NCBI GenBank assembly: GCA_965262715.1
Contig: OZ253553.1
Coordinates: forward strand, 2,208,001 to 2,272,000
Reading direction: 5' to 3'
Origin: Bdellovibrionales bacterium
Lineage (GTDB): Bacteria > Bdellovibrionota > Bdellovibrionia > Bdellovibrionales > JAUICD01
Length of the DNA stretch: 64,000 bases
Shown here: positions 52,060 to 61,712 of the stretch, in pieces
Layout: every line of letters begins with the position of its first letter
Position numbering within the stretch: position 1 is the first letter of the stretch
The notes under the pieces: model-generated
The model's input: the letters and a program-made list of their open reading frames with translations, nothing else
What the model was told of the DNA's origin: nothing
Database searches by the model: none
Made by a program: the position numbers and the translations under genes

Positions 52060-52516
52060 GATGCATATATGAGCAGAAAGGTTAACTGAGAACTATAGAG
52101 AGAAACTGCCAAGATTTGCTGTAAAACAAGATCGGTATTTTACAGCAAATTAAAATTAAAACGTCAAGTACATGCCTTTCCTTTAAAAAGGAGAGGCGCT
52201 TCCAGTATTCCATATTCATTCAAATCATATACAAGTCTTAATTTTTCTATCTCATAAACCATTGTATCATAAAGACCTAATTACTCTGTATATTTCCAGT
52301 AATTAAGATTAAAAGTAGAAGAATTCACAAGATAATCATAAAATTGCCAATAAACCACTGCTATGTTAAAATTAAAGAATTAAAAGAAACAATAACAATA
52401 TAGTGTAAAGAATTATGTGGGAAAATCATAAACAAATCCAGCCTAGTTGTCAAAAACAAATTGCTAGAATACCAAACTGCCTGTCTGTCAGAAAATAAAC
52501 TTATGGAATATAACTT

Positions 52517-53665
52517 ATGCCCTCTAAAATAAATAAACCCCTTACTAAAAAAATAAATGATTGGGTATCGCACAAATTCATCACAAAAAAACAAGCAGAA
52601 AAGATTATAAATTATGAAACCAGAAACTCCGGCCGTTCTTGGGTGCTTTATGGATTCTCATTATTAGGCTTTACCACTATAGCAATAGGGATTATTTCTC
52701 TTATTGCTGCTAATTGGCAACTCATTCCTGGCGATATTAAATTATTGATCAACTTCTTATTCTTAATACTAACAGCTTTATGGGTTTATTATTCTTGGAA
52801 AAACACAAAGTTCATTATGTTTGAAGTGAGCCTAGTCTTTTTTATGCTCCTATGTTTAGCTTCTATAGGCTTAATTTCCCAGGTTTACCATACAGGCGGA
52901 CAGTTATATGAAGCCCTGCTTTTATGGGCAGCTATTACATTTGGGTTAGCTTTAGTTTCTCAAAAAACATTTCCACCTTCTATTTGGTCTGCAGGCTTTT
53001 TTTTAAGCTTAAGTATTGCCATATTTCAGTCACCTATTTTACAACCTATCTTTCAAGATCGCATAGCTCCTATATTTATGACTTTTCCATTATTTTCTGC
53101 CTTTTTAGCAATGATTTGTAAAAAATTCAACTTGGAACCACAAACAAAAGCTTTAAACATCTGGATCATCATTATTGGGATATCTGGCCTAGTAACTTCA
53201 GAATTTTATCATTCTGTTGAGACCACTTATATTTACTCAGAGGATATGCCTGCATTTGCTATAGGTTATGTTTTAGTTGTTTTATCAGCACTATTTGTTC
53301 TTATGGATATTGAATACAAGAAGTTACAAAAAAATATATTATTACTTACATTGATATCCTATCTTGTCCCTTTTCATTTTGGGTTTTTTGATATTGAATC
53401 ACAAATAGTTTATGCCTTTTCTTCCATAATTATATTAACAATGTTTGCAACATTTTTAGCCAGCCTACAAAAGCGTAGGTTGTTTCAATTTTTCTTAATC
53501 TTAATTGGTCTTAGATTTTTTATATTATACTGTCAAGAACTTGGAGGAATGATGACTACTGGTTTTATTCTAATCACTTCTGGCATTCTTATCATTGCTA
53601 TGGTCCTAGGCTGGAATAAATACCATCATAGGTTCACACTGTGGACAGAAAGGCTTGTAAGATGA
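52517..53665 (+). CDS. DUF2157-family membrane protein
   Basis: GIISLIAANWQLIP...LISQVYH; many TMs; paired with a GDYXXLXY gene. Confidence 0.8.
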   Translation: MPSKINKPLTKKINDWVSHKFITKKQAEKIINYETRNSGRSWVLYGFSLLGFTTIAIGIISLIAANWQLIPGDIKLLINFLFLILTALWVYYSWKNTKFIMFEVSLVFFMLLCLASIGLISQVYHTGGQLYEALLLWAAITFGLALVSQKTFPPSIWSAGFFLSLSIAIFQSPILQPIFQDRIAPIFMTFPLFSAFLAMICKKFNLEPQTKALNIWIIIIGISGLVTSEFYHSVETTYIYSEDMPAFAIGYVLVVLSALFVLMDIEYKKLQKNILLLTLISYLVPFHFGFFDIESQIVYAFSSIIILTMFATFLASLQKRRLFQFFLILIGLRFFILYCQELGGMMTTGFILITSGILIIAMVLGWNKYHHRFTLWTERLVR

Positions 53666-54144
53666 TCAAATCCAAGACAGTTATTCTAATAGCACTCATT
53701 ATCCCTATTGTAGCCCTTCTATCATTAACTATTTATAAAAAATACACCTTTTTAAAAGGACGTCAGATCACTCTATCTATCAGGGCTTATGACCCAAGAG
53801 ATCTGCTATCAGGATATTATTTAAATTATACTATAAAATATGATGTTGAGGAAGTTTGTCACAATAAAAGATATCGAGAAAATAAGCATGCTTATATTTG
53901 TCTTAACCCAAAAAAATTTAGTTATACTAAACCCTATAATTGTGACTTATTCATAAAAGGAGTTTGTAATAAACTAGACTTTAAAGCAGGAATAGAAAGA
54001 TATTATGTTCCTAAACAGCAAGCAAAGCGACTTGAAAAACTGCTCAGATCTAATAAAGCTAGTATTGTTTTATCAGTTCCAAAAAATGGAGATGCTCAAG
54101 TAAAAGACCTATTGATCAATGGTAAGTCATGGAAAGACCAATAA
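53641..54144 (+). CDS. GDYXXLXY-domain protein (start probably 53662)
   Basis: YDPRDLLSGYYLNY and AGIERYYVP; ATGA overlap with the upstream gene. Confidence 0.8.
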   Translation: MDRKACKMIKSKTVILIALIIPIVALLSLTIYKKYTFLKGRQITLSIRAYDPRDLLSGYYLNYTIKYDVEEVCHNKRYRENKHAYICLNPKKFSYTKPYNCDLFIKGVCNKLDFKAGIERYYVPKQQAKRLEKLLRSNKASIVLSVPKNGDAQVKDLLINGKSWKDQ

Positions 54145-54160
54145 CGCTCCATACTATCAA

Positions 54161-55861
54161 TCACATCTCCGAAGGAGTAGGCACTCCTAAAATTGAAAGG
54201 CTCTGACTTAAGATGTTTTCTACACAATAAACTAATGTCATACGTGTATCTTCCATATCTTTATCATTTTCTCCTAGGATTCTGTGATTATTATAAAAAG
54301 TGTTAAACTCCTGACACAATTTTAAAACATATTGAGCAAGAATGTGTGGTTTAAAAGTCCTCCATGCTGTTTGTAAAATCTCTGAGAAGTACATCAAAGT
54401 TACTAATAGCTGCATCTCCTCTTGTGTTTCAATATCTTTTTTAAAACAAGTACAAACATCTTTCTTATATTTTTTTAAAAGACTGCGACAACGGACTAAA
54501 CAATACTGAGCATAAGGCCCACTATCACCATTAAAATCAAGTACCTTAGACCAATCAAAATCAATATTTCTTATGCGGTCATGCAGCAAATCATTAAATA
54601 TGATGGCACCTACACCTACCTGTTTTGCAACCTCTTCCTTATCTTGTAAAACAGATTTCTTTTCTTCTATAATTTTATAAGTTCGTCCAACTGCTTCTTT
54701 TAAAACATCTGCCATAAATATGACATTACCTTTTCGTGTCGACATTTTACCATCTTTGAATCTATACAAACCAAAAGCAATATGATGACAATCTTTTGCC
54801 CAACTTAAGCGCATTTTATCCAAAACACCAAAAATTTGTTTAAAGTGCAATGACTGTTCTGAGCCTACAACATATAAAAGTTCATCAGCTTTAATCACCT
54901 CATGACGATAAAGAGCGCTGGCAATATCTCTAGTTGCATAGAGTGAAGAGCCATCTGATTTTTTAATTAAACAAGGAGGTCCATCTTCCAAAAAAACAAC
55001 AAAGGCTCCCTCGCTTTCTTTTAAACATCCTGCATCTTGAATTCTTTTTACAACCTTATCCAAGCTATCTTTGTAGAAAGATTCTCCTTGAACAACATCA
55101 AAGCTTACACCTAGAAGATCATATAATTTTTTATGTTCTTTAAGAGTTATAGAAATAAAACGTTGCCATAATTTGGTTATATCCGGATCTCCAGCCTCTA
55201 ATTTTCTAAAATACTCTGCACCTTTTTCTTTCAATTCAGGTTTATCTTCCATCTCATCATGGAAGCGTACATATAACTGATAAAGAGCTTGCAGTGGCTG
55301 CGTTTCAAAGTCATATTCCTCACTCCATTTCTGATAAGCATAAGCTAAATGACCAAACTGAACACCCCAATCTCCTAAATGATTCCATCTTACAACTTCA
55401 AATCCTTGTGTCTTTGCTAAATGACATAGGCAATGACCAATAACAGTTGCCCTAAGATGGCCTATGCCTAAAGGTTTTGCGACATTAGGAGAAGAATATT
55501 CAATAATGATTTTTTTTGAAGTCTTTTTTTTATGGAGTTGCTTTGAAAAAACAAAATCACATAAAAGCTTTTCAAGATAAAGACTTGAGAATTTAAAATT
55601 AACAAACCCACTAATAGCCTCTACAGAGGTAATTCCATTGATATTCTTTTGAAGAACTTCTTTTGATATTTGAGTTGCTAATTGATGTGGATTTTGACGC
55701 AACTCTTTTGATAAAGAAAAAACAGGCAGAGCTAGATGACCGTGAGAAAAAGTCTTAGGTAATGTTAATGCTCTGGAGATATCTTCTACACTTTGCCAAG
55801 ATGTGTTTTCAAATAAAGAAAGTAAGTTCTGTGATAATTCTTTTTTGATAGCAGTTAACAT
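54161..55861 (-). CDS. argS: arginyl-tRNA synthetase
   Basis: EYSSPNVAKPLGIGHLR, NHLGDWG, KMSTRKG, GDSGPYAQY. Confidence 0.97.
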   Translation of the reverse strand: MLTAIKKELSQNLLSLFENTSWQSVEDISRALTLPKTFSHGHLALPVFSLSKELRQNPHQLATQISKEVLQKNINGITSVEAISGFVNFKFSSLYLEKLLCDFVFSKQLHKKKTSKKIIIEYSSPNVAKPLGIGHLRATVIGHCLCHLAKTQGFEVVRWNHLGDWGVQFGHLAYAYQKWSEEYDFETQPLQALYQLYVRFHDEMEDKPELKEKGAEYFRKLEAGDPDITKLWQRFISITLKEHKKLYDLLGVSFDVVQGESFYKDSLDKVVKRIQDAGCLKESEGAFVVFLEDGPPCLIKKSDGSSLYATRDIASALYRHEVIKADELLYVVGSEQSLHFKQIFGVLDKMRLSWAKDCHHIAFGLYRFKDGKMSTRKGNVIFMADVLKEAVGRTYKIIEEKKSVLQDKEEVAKQVGVGAIIFNDLLHDRIRNIDFDWSKVLDFNGDSGPYAQYCLVRCRSLLKKYKKDVCTCFKKDIETQEEMQLLVTLMYFSEILQTAWRTFKPHILAQYVLKLCQEFNTFYNNHRILGENDKDMEDTRMTLVYCVENILSQSLSILGVPTPSEM

Positions 55862-55882
55862 CTTTGTCCAAAAATGTTGTTT

Positions 55883-57538
55883 TTAAAATCTATTATTGCT
55901 TTTCATTTTCTCCAAGAAAACAGCAACTTGAGGCGATAAGAGATCAAATCCTTCTATATGGCTTTCTTTTATAGATTTATCCATTTGTTCACCCATAACT
56001 TTTAATTCTTGTTCTATAATTTGAAGCTCTCTTGTCAATTCTAAATCAAGCTCTTCCTTAACATATCCTAATGCAGACGATTGTAATTGATTAAAGGAGG
56101 TTTCCCATGAGGAATAAAAACTTCTCCACTCTGTTACATCTTTATTATATCGATCATATCCCTTTTCTAGCTGCCTAACCTGACCATAAAGAGTTTCCAC
56201 ACTTTTTGGAACAGGTTGTTTTTGCTTAGCAATAACATTTACGATTTTTCTTCTTTTAATTGTTTCAAGCTTTTGTTTTTCTTGTTGCCTAATTTGATGA
56301 AATTCTGACAACTTATAAGTAAATGTTTCTTTATCTTTCCCAACAAAAAATTTGCGACTGAAAAACTTATCTTCATCTATTTGTCCTAAAAAAGTATAAT
56401 ACCCTTCTACCAACTCCAAATGATCTAATCGCAGTATAGCACGCCCATCTTTATCTAAAACAAGCTTAATATGATGTTCAAATTTATTGGCTGTTAATGT
56501 TTGCTGTCTATCATTCTTTATTTTTAGCAGTACTTTTGATTTAGCGTACTGCTCAATCCAAAAATGCAACTCTAATCCATTATGCAAAACTTTATATTGT
56601 AAAGGTATATTCTTTTTATGTAACTTTTCATTCATATAAGAAGGCAGTAATAAATAACCTATAACACATAAAGACACAAAAAATATACCTATTATATAAA
56701 GCCCTTTACTCAAATAACTACGATTTTGATTTTTTGACCCAGTTAAAGAAGATAAAAGATGACTTGAAAACTTTTCTTCTTGGATAGATTGATGTGATAA
56801 GCTTTTTGAACGTATCACATCACTATCTTTGTTTTGACCAAATTTTAAATTTCCAAACTGCTTTGTCAAGCTAGGCCCTTGAGCTTCATCTACTTTCTTC
56901 CCTGTCTCTATCAAAGAAGATATAAGAGATGATGAAGGCTTTGCTCTCATTACAGATTGATATAATTCTACATCTGAAACTTCTCCTAAGTTAAAAGATT
57001 TTGTATTTGAAGCTTTTTCTGCATTTTCAGTTGCTATTTGCTTATTAAATATAGGTAAATTTCTAATACATTTCCAATCTTTCATTCCATGTGTCCAAAT
57101 CCAATGAGAATAAAATATTTCCCCCTTATGAAGGGCTTGTAGCACTTCTTTTGTAGAGTAACAAAGGTATTGATAATTAGAAAGACTTTTGTTTTTAGAA
57201 TTATCCTCTATATTTTCTTGCTTTAAAACCACCCAATCTTTTTTAGGCATATTTTGCACTTTATTGCTTTTTGAAATTGCTTTTTGAAATTGCCATCTGT
57301 CTATAACACAAGTCCATCTCTTTTCTCCAGAACAATAAATAAGATCATCAGTATCAATTTCTTTCTGCTCAATCATTTTTTCCATCTCTAATAACGAAAA
57401 TGGCCCTTTCACTTGACCTAAAATGCAGTGGTACCAATTTTTCATCCTTACCTCTTTTTTATTGACAAAACAGGGGCTATTTAAGTTATTTTTATAATGT
57501 AACCCTTTAATTTTTAAGCTTTTTTTTAATAAACACAA
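55883..57538 (-). CDS. GYF_2 (DUF4339)-domain membrane protein (start probably 57445)
   Basis: WYHCILGQVKGPFS and WIWTHGMKDWK GYF-like units; central TM. Confidence 0.7.
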   Translation of the reverse strand: MCLLKKSLKIKGLHYKNNLNSPCFVNKKEVRMKNWYHCILGQVKGPFSLLEMEKMIEQKEIDTDDLIYCSGEKRWTCVIDRWQFQKAISKSNKVQNMPKKDWVVLKQENIEDNSKNKSLSNYQYLCYSTKEVLQALHKGEIFYSHWIWTHGMKDWKCIRNLPIFNKQIATENAEKASNTKSFNLGEVSDVELYQSVMRAKPSSSLISSLIETGKKVDEAQGPSLTKQFGNLKFGQNKDSDVIRSKSLSHQSIQEEKFSSHLLSSLTGSKNQNRSYLSKGLYIIGIFFVSLCVIGYLLLPSYMNEKLHKKNIPLQYKVLHNGLELHFWIEQYAKSKVLLKIKNDRQQTLTANKFEHHIKLVLDKDGRAILRLDHLELVEGYYTFLGQIDEDKFFSRKFFVGKDKETFTYKLSEFHQIRQQEKQKLETIKRRKIVNVIAKQKQPVPKSVETLYGQVRQLEKGYDRYNKDVTEWRSFYSSWETSFNQLQSSALGYVKEELDLELTRELQIIEQELKVMGEQMDKSIKESHIEGFDLLSPQVAVFLEKMKSNNRF

Positions 57539-57689
57539 TAGGAATTACAAACTGAGCTACTCTTTAGTCCTAAAGTCTAAAAATAACATCCTAAGTTTTA
57601 TACAATCATAAGATTAAAATGATAAAAGATAAAAATGAGTATTGATAAAAATCAACAAATGTCTTATTACCAATTAAATAAGGTGAAAT

Positions 57690-58844
57690 ATGTTTAAAGT
57701 ATTCTTAGGGTCACAACTGGTTGCCATTGGTAATATGATTTACCTGTCTTACATACACTATAATCTCAAATTTGGGATAGGTGAAAAAAGCCTTTGTAAT
57801 ATCAATGATACATTTAATTGTGACATTGTAAATCTAAGCACTTATGCCACTCTATTAGGGCAACCCATAAGTCTTTGGGGGGTTTTTGCTAACTTAACTC
57901 TTTTGTTTTTAGGTGTGTCAGCATACATTGAGGAGAAAGAAAGTAAAAAATACTTTACGACACTTCTTAGCACTTTATTTGCAGCTGGTATTGCTGCAGC
58001 TTCTGTCATTTTTGCAACAATTTCCTTCTTTGTATTAGAAACCTATTGCCTATTTTGTATATTTGCTTATATTTTATCTTTTATTTCTTTAGCTTCTTTA
58101 ATAATCTGGCGAACATTACATTCCAAACAAAATAAACCAAATCTTATAACAGAAATTATTGATTTTAAAAAATATTCTCATCTCTTCTTACCCATTTTCC
58201 TAATAATTCCAATAACTTTAATAACTCATAGCATTGTAAAAACAAATATGGCTGGTCAATATCTAAAACAATTAGATTCTTTATTTGATGAGTGGATGGA
58301 CAGTCCAATTATAGAATTTCAAACTGACGAAGCTTTAATACACACTACAACCCAAGAGTCTAAAATGACAATCCTTGAATTTGCAGACTTTCAATGTCCT
58401 GCTTGCCAAAGAGCTTCTGGGGTACTCCATAACTTCATGAAATCCAGAGATGACGTTAGATTCGTTTTCATGTTTTTTCCCTTAGATAATGCTTGTAATG
58501 AATCTGCACTTAGAGCTGGAAATGGTCGTTCTTGCTGGCTGGCTTCTGCCACTTATTGCGCCAACAAACAAAATAAGGGCTGGCTAATGCATGATTGGAT
58601 TTTTGAAGTATTTAGTGAGATAAAAAGAAGCGATCTAGACAAAGTTGCAAACGATATAGGCTTAGATCATCAGCAGTTTACTAAGTGTTTAGATGATAGT
58701 AACACTTTAGAAATTATTAAGTCACAAGCTCGACAAGGAGAAAAAGCAAATATTAGAGGTACTCCGAGCATATTCATTAACGGCAAATACCTTCCATCTG
58801 CCCCATCTTGGATGATGTTAGAAAGAATTTACAACTCTCTCTAA
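57690..58844 (+). CDS. VKOR-DsbA/thioredoxin fusion
   Basis: CNINDTFNC and YCLFC (VKOR); FADFQCPAC and GTPSIFING (DsbA). Confidence 0.9.
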   Translation: MFKVFLGSQLVAIGNMIYLSYIHYNLKFGIGEKSLCNINDTFNCDIVNLSTYATLLGQPISLWGVFANLTLLFLGVSAYIEEKESKKYFTTLLSTLFAAGIAAASVIFATISFFVLETYCLFCIFAYILSFISLASLIIWRTLHSKQNKPNLITEIIDFKKYSHLFLPIFLIIPITLITHSIVKTNMAGQYLKQLDSLFDEWMDSPIIEFQTDEALIHTTTQESKMTILEFADFQCPACQRASGVLHNFMKSRDDVRFVFMFFPLDNACNESALRAGNGRSCWLASATYCANKQNKGWLMHDWIFEVFSEIKRSDLDKVANDIGLDHQQFTKCLDDSNTLEIIKSQARQGEKANIRGTPSIFINGKYLPSAPSWMMLERIYNSL

Positions 58845-58855
58845 CAGTTGTTGTC

Positions 58856-59362
58856 CTAAGAAGACTTCATTTGACAAGGTAATACTTCTAATCGAGTTAC
58901 TGAACCTGTATAGGATTTGTTATGAGGAGCAAGCCTCTCTTTTTCTTCATCATCAAGCTTCACAGTTCTATGAGCATCTGAAAGGGCAACAATAGGAGTT
59001 TTTAAAGACCTATCCGTACTTTCCATCTGATTAAAAGCTCCTTCAAAATTAAAGGTTTTACATATAAAATTACGCTCTTCATAGTCATCTTGAACATAAT
59101 AACGATTTTCTTCTTCATCAATAACTTGAATCCCATGTAATAAAGTGATGTTTTTTTCTTTATTATGTTCCATTCTTTGAACAACAATTATTTTCTCATC
59201 ATTAGGAAACTCAAGCTCTATTTGAATACTTCTAGATAGAGAAGATGGAAGATTACCATAAGTTAAAGGGATCGCAAACAACTGATCAAGATTTGAAAAG
59301 CCAATAATAACGCCTAAAATAAATAATAAGGCATGTAAAGCAAACAATTTTATTTTTTTCAT
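58856..59362 (-). CDS. secreted or membrane-anchored hypothetical protein
   Basis: N-terminal hydrophobic segment; AGGAG RBS. Confidence 0.7.
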   Translation of the reverse strand: MKKIKLFALHALLFILGVIIGFSNLDQLFAIPLTYGNLPSSLSRSIQIELEFPNDEKIIVVQRMEHNKEKNITLLHGIQVIDEEENRYYVQDDYEERNFICKTFNFEGAFNQMESTDRSLKTPIVALSDAHRTVKLDDEEKERLAPHNKSYTGSVTRLEVLPCQMKSS

Positions 59363-59390
59363 TTAAAACTCCTTCTATATATACTTATTA

Positions 59391-59406
59391 AGCAAAATAC
59401 ATACCA
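59391..59406 (-). promoter_or_regulatory. sigma54 promoter candidate
   Basis: TGGTAT-GTATT-TTGCT on the minus strand, about 30 bp before ATG 59362. Confidence 0.55.
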
Positions 59407-59490
59407 ATTTGATACAGATTAAAAGGGCACTTAAATGTATTTAAGAGTTAATATAAGAGACAAAAATAGGGTTTTTACCAAAAAAAGTCA

Positions 59491-60274
59491 CTCTTTCCCT
59501 AAAAATAAACCAGCCTCTGGCTGTTTTTGGGCAGTCAGCCTGAAGATTTACATCTTCAAGAAAATGCTGACTGCCTCAAAAACCTGTTTATTTTTAGGAG
59601 GGAGACTCCCCTCGTTCTTTAACACGATGTTAAGGAAATCGCTGACTACTTTATCCCTAGTTCCTCTTACTATCTCTTCCTCCCCTTACAAATTACATTA
59701 AATCTTTTCATAGCAACTTAAGATTTTTCCTTGTTTTTTCTAAAAAAACAACACGCCCCTTAACTCTGGCTGTTTTTGGACAGTTAGCCTGAAGGCTCAC
59801 GCTACGGGATATATCATCTTCAAGAAAATGCTGACTGCCTCAAAAACCTGTTTATTTTTAGGAGGGAGACTCCTCTCGTTCTTTAACACGATATTAAGGA
59901 AATCGCTGACTACTTTATCCCTAGTTCCTCTTACTATCTCTTCCTCCCCTTACAAATCACACCAAATCTTTAGCAAGATAAGACTGGATATTTATGGCAA
60001 AAAGACAAGTTCTTCCGCAGATGGGATCGCTAAAAAGCGATCCCATCGAGGACTACTTGGCTTTGCCATAAATATCCAGTCATTGCCCCAAAGATTTTTT
60101 CCTTGTTTTTCTAAAAAACAATACACCTCTTGCCTCTGGCTGTTTTTGGGCAGTCAGCCTGAAGGCTCACGCTACGGAATATATCTCCTTCAAGGAAATG
60201 CTAACTGCCTCAAAAAGCTGTTCATTTTTAGGAGGGAGATTCTCTTCATTTTTTGACAAGATGTTAAGGAAATC
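59491..60274 (+). repeat. composite array A-linker-B(short)-A-linker-B-A
   Basis: Three A modules ending ttaaggaaatc at 59640, 59904 and 60274; B core ttccgcagatgggatcgct...agcgatcccatcgaggact near 60013-60054. Confidence 0.9.
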
Positions 60275-60344
60275 GTTTACTACTTTAGCAATCTGTCATA
60301 CATGTTGGTGCTTCCGGTAATTTTAACGGAACTATCGACACTTG

Positions 60345-61472
60345 TTAAAACGTCTTATTATTAAGGCTTTCTAAATCTATAGGGTTTACTGGAAGAGGTT
60401 CAATATTTAATAAAACATCCAAGAAAACAGCAAATCCTTTTCCAACAACCAACTCTTCAAAATATGATGTCTCTGTGGTTAAGTTCTTTCTGGTTTCTAA
60501 GTCCACTATTATTTCATCACTTATGCTCTCGTTACTTAAATCCTGATCAAGTTCTAATCCTGCTTGTTTTAAAGCTTGATTGGTAGAATAAGAATGAAAG
60601 CGAGAGTAAAAATAAAAGGCTGCTATAACTTGCGTCTCATCTCTATTTTCTCCAGAATTTAAATTTAATTGAGAAATGAGTGCGCCATTATTATTGCCAT
60701 AATATAATTGCTGAACTGTAGAAAAATCTAAGTCTACTTTCTGATCTACGATACCTCTATTACCTTCATTCGTTTCTATCTCAATAATTGAGAGGGCATG
60801 AGCTAATAGGTGTGCTTGAACATTTTCTTCAACTCCTGAGTCAATATTAACAACATATCTATCACCTTCTTCTGCTATATCTATATCTAAATCTAAATGA
60901 TTTACAAAAACAGATAACTCAGAGTCTTCTGTTATATCGAATTCTTGCAAAGAAACTTGAATATTCTCTTGATTGTCGTTGTAAAACGCTCTTATCTGCC
61001 TACCTCTATCTGGTGATGTCTTTGCTATCTGATTAATAAGACTATTCACCGTAGTTGTGCTTTGTATTTTATTTTGAAATCTCCTAAGTCCACAAGATAT
61101 TATATCAATGCTAGGATTTGAATCTAAAGATTCTCCAACATAAATATTAAGCTCAATAGTATCATCTTCACCAGAAATAACAGACTGATCATTTTCTCTA
61201 CAATCAGAAGAAACGTATTCTGTATTGTTAGGAAGGTCATTGGGAAATTGTTGCCTATGAATGTGAATCTTGTCTGAATATTGGTTTAAAAAATCTTGTA
61301 ACTCTGGACTTAAAGAGTTGCGATCATTCTCACTTATATTCCTTCGAACACCGATATCTGCTTTATCAATGACAGCGCCTTGATTTGAAAAACAAGCGAC
61401 TAAACTCAATGAAAAGCTTAGGCTCGCTACACTCATACTCTTTATGATACTTTTTCTACTTACAATAACCAT
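60345..61472 (-). CDS. hypothetical lipoprotein
   Basis: Lipobox LVAC; acidic, Asn-rich 375-aa ORF. Confidence 0.7.
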   Translation of the reverse strand: MVIVSRKSIIKSMSVASLSFSLSLVACFSNQGAVIDKADIGVRRNISENDRNSLSPELQDFLNQYSDKIHIHRQQFPNDLPNNTEYVSSDCRENDQSVISGEDDTIELNIYVGESLDSNPSIDIISCGLRRFQNKIQSTTTVNSLINQIAKTSPDRGRQIRAFYNDNQENIQVSLQEFDITEDSELSVFVNHLDLDIDIAEEGDRYVVNIDSGVEENVQAHLLAHALSIIEIETNEGNRGIVDQKVDLDFSTVQQLYYGNNNGALISQLNLNSGENRDETQVIAAFYFYSRFHSYSTNQALKQAGLELDQDLSNESISDEIIVDLETRKNLTTETSYFEELVVGKGFAVFLDVLLNIEPLPVNPIDLESLNNKTF

Positions 61473-61712
61473 TTTATCAAAATCCTTTAAAATAAATTTT
61501 ATATTAATATTAGAGTAATATGTTCAAAAGTTGGGCCAAATCAGAAATCAATGTAACCTTCTCATTTTCTTCAGTTTTATACTTCTAGACCTGTGTTTAT
61601 ACGACAAAAATTGTTATCCTAAAACAAAAAGTGTCTCTTTTTCATTTACAAGTTTGAAGAATTATGGAAGTTATAGACTAAATATCCAATCAACAATCAA
61701 CAGTTTTATATT

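Noticed and set aside
45446..52152. Diversity-generating retroelement or shufflon behind the lipoprotein variation
   Set aside because: No reverse transcriptase or recombinase nearby, differences are not adenine-specific, and all cassettes share one orientation
59435..60256. ORFs 59435..59701 and 59828..60256 as genes
   Set aside because: They lie almost wholly in the A/B repeat array and repeat each other's peptide; no RBS or protein-like features
60345..61472. Zinc protease call from AHLLAHAL
   Set aside because: Lacks the catalytic Glu of HExxH
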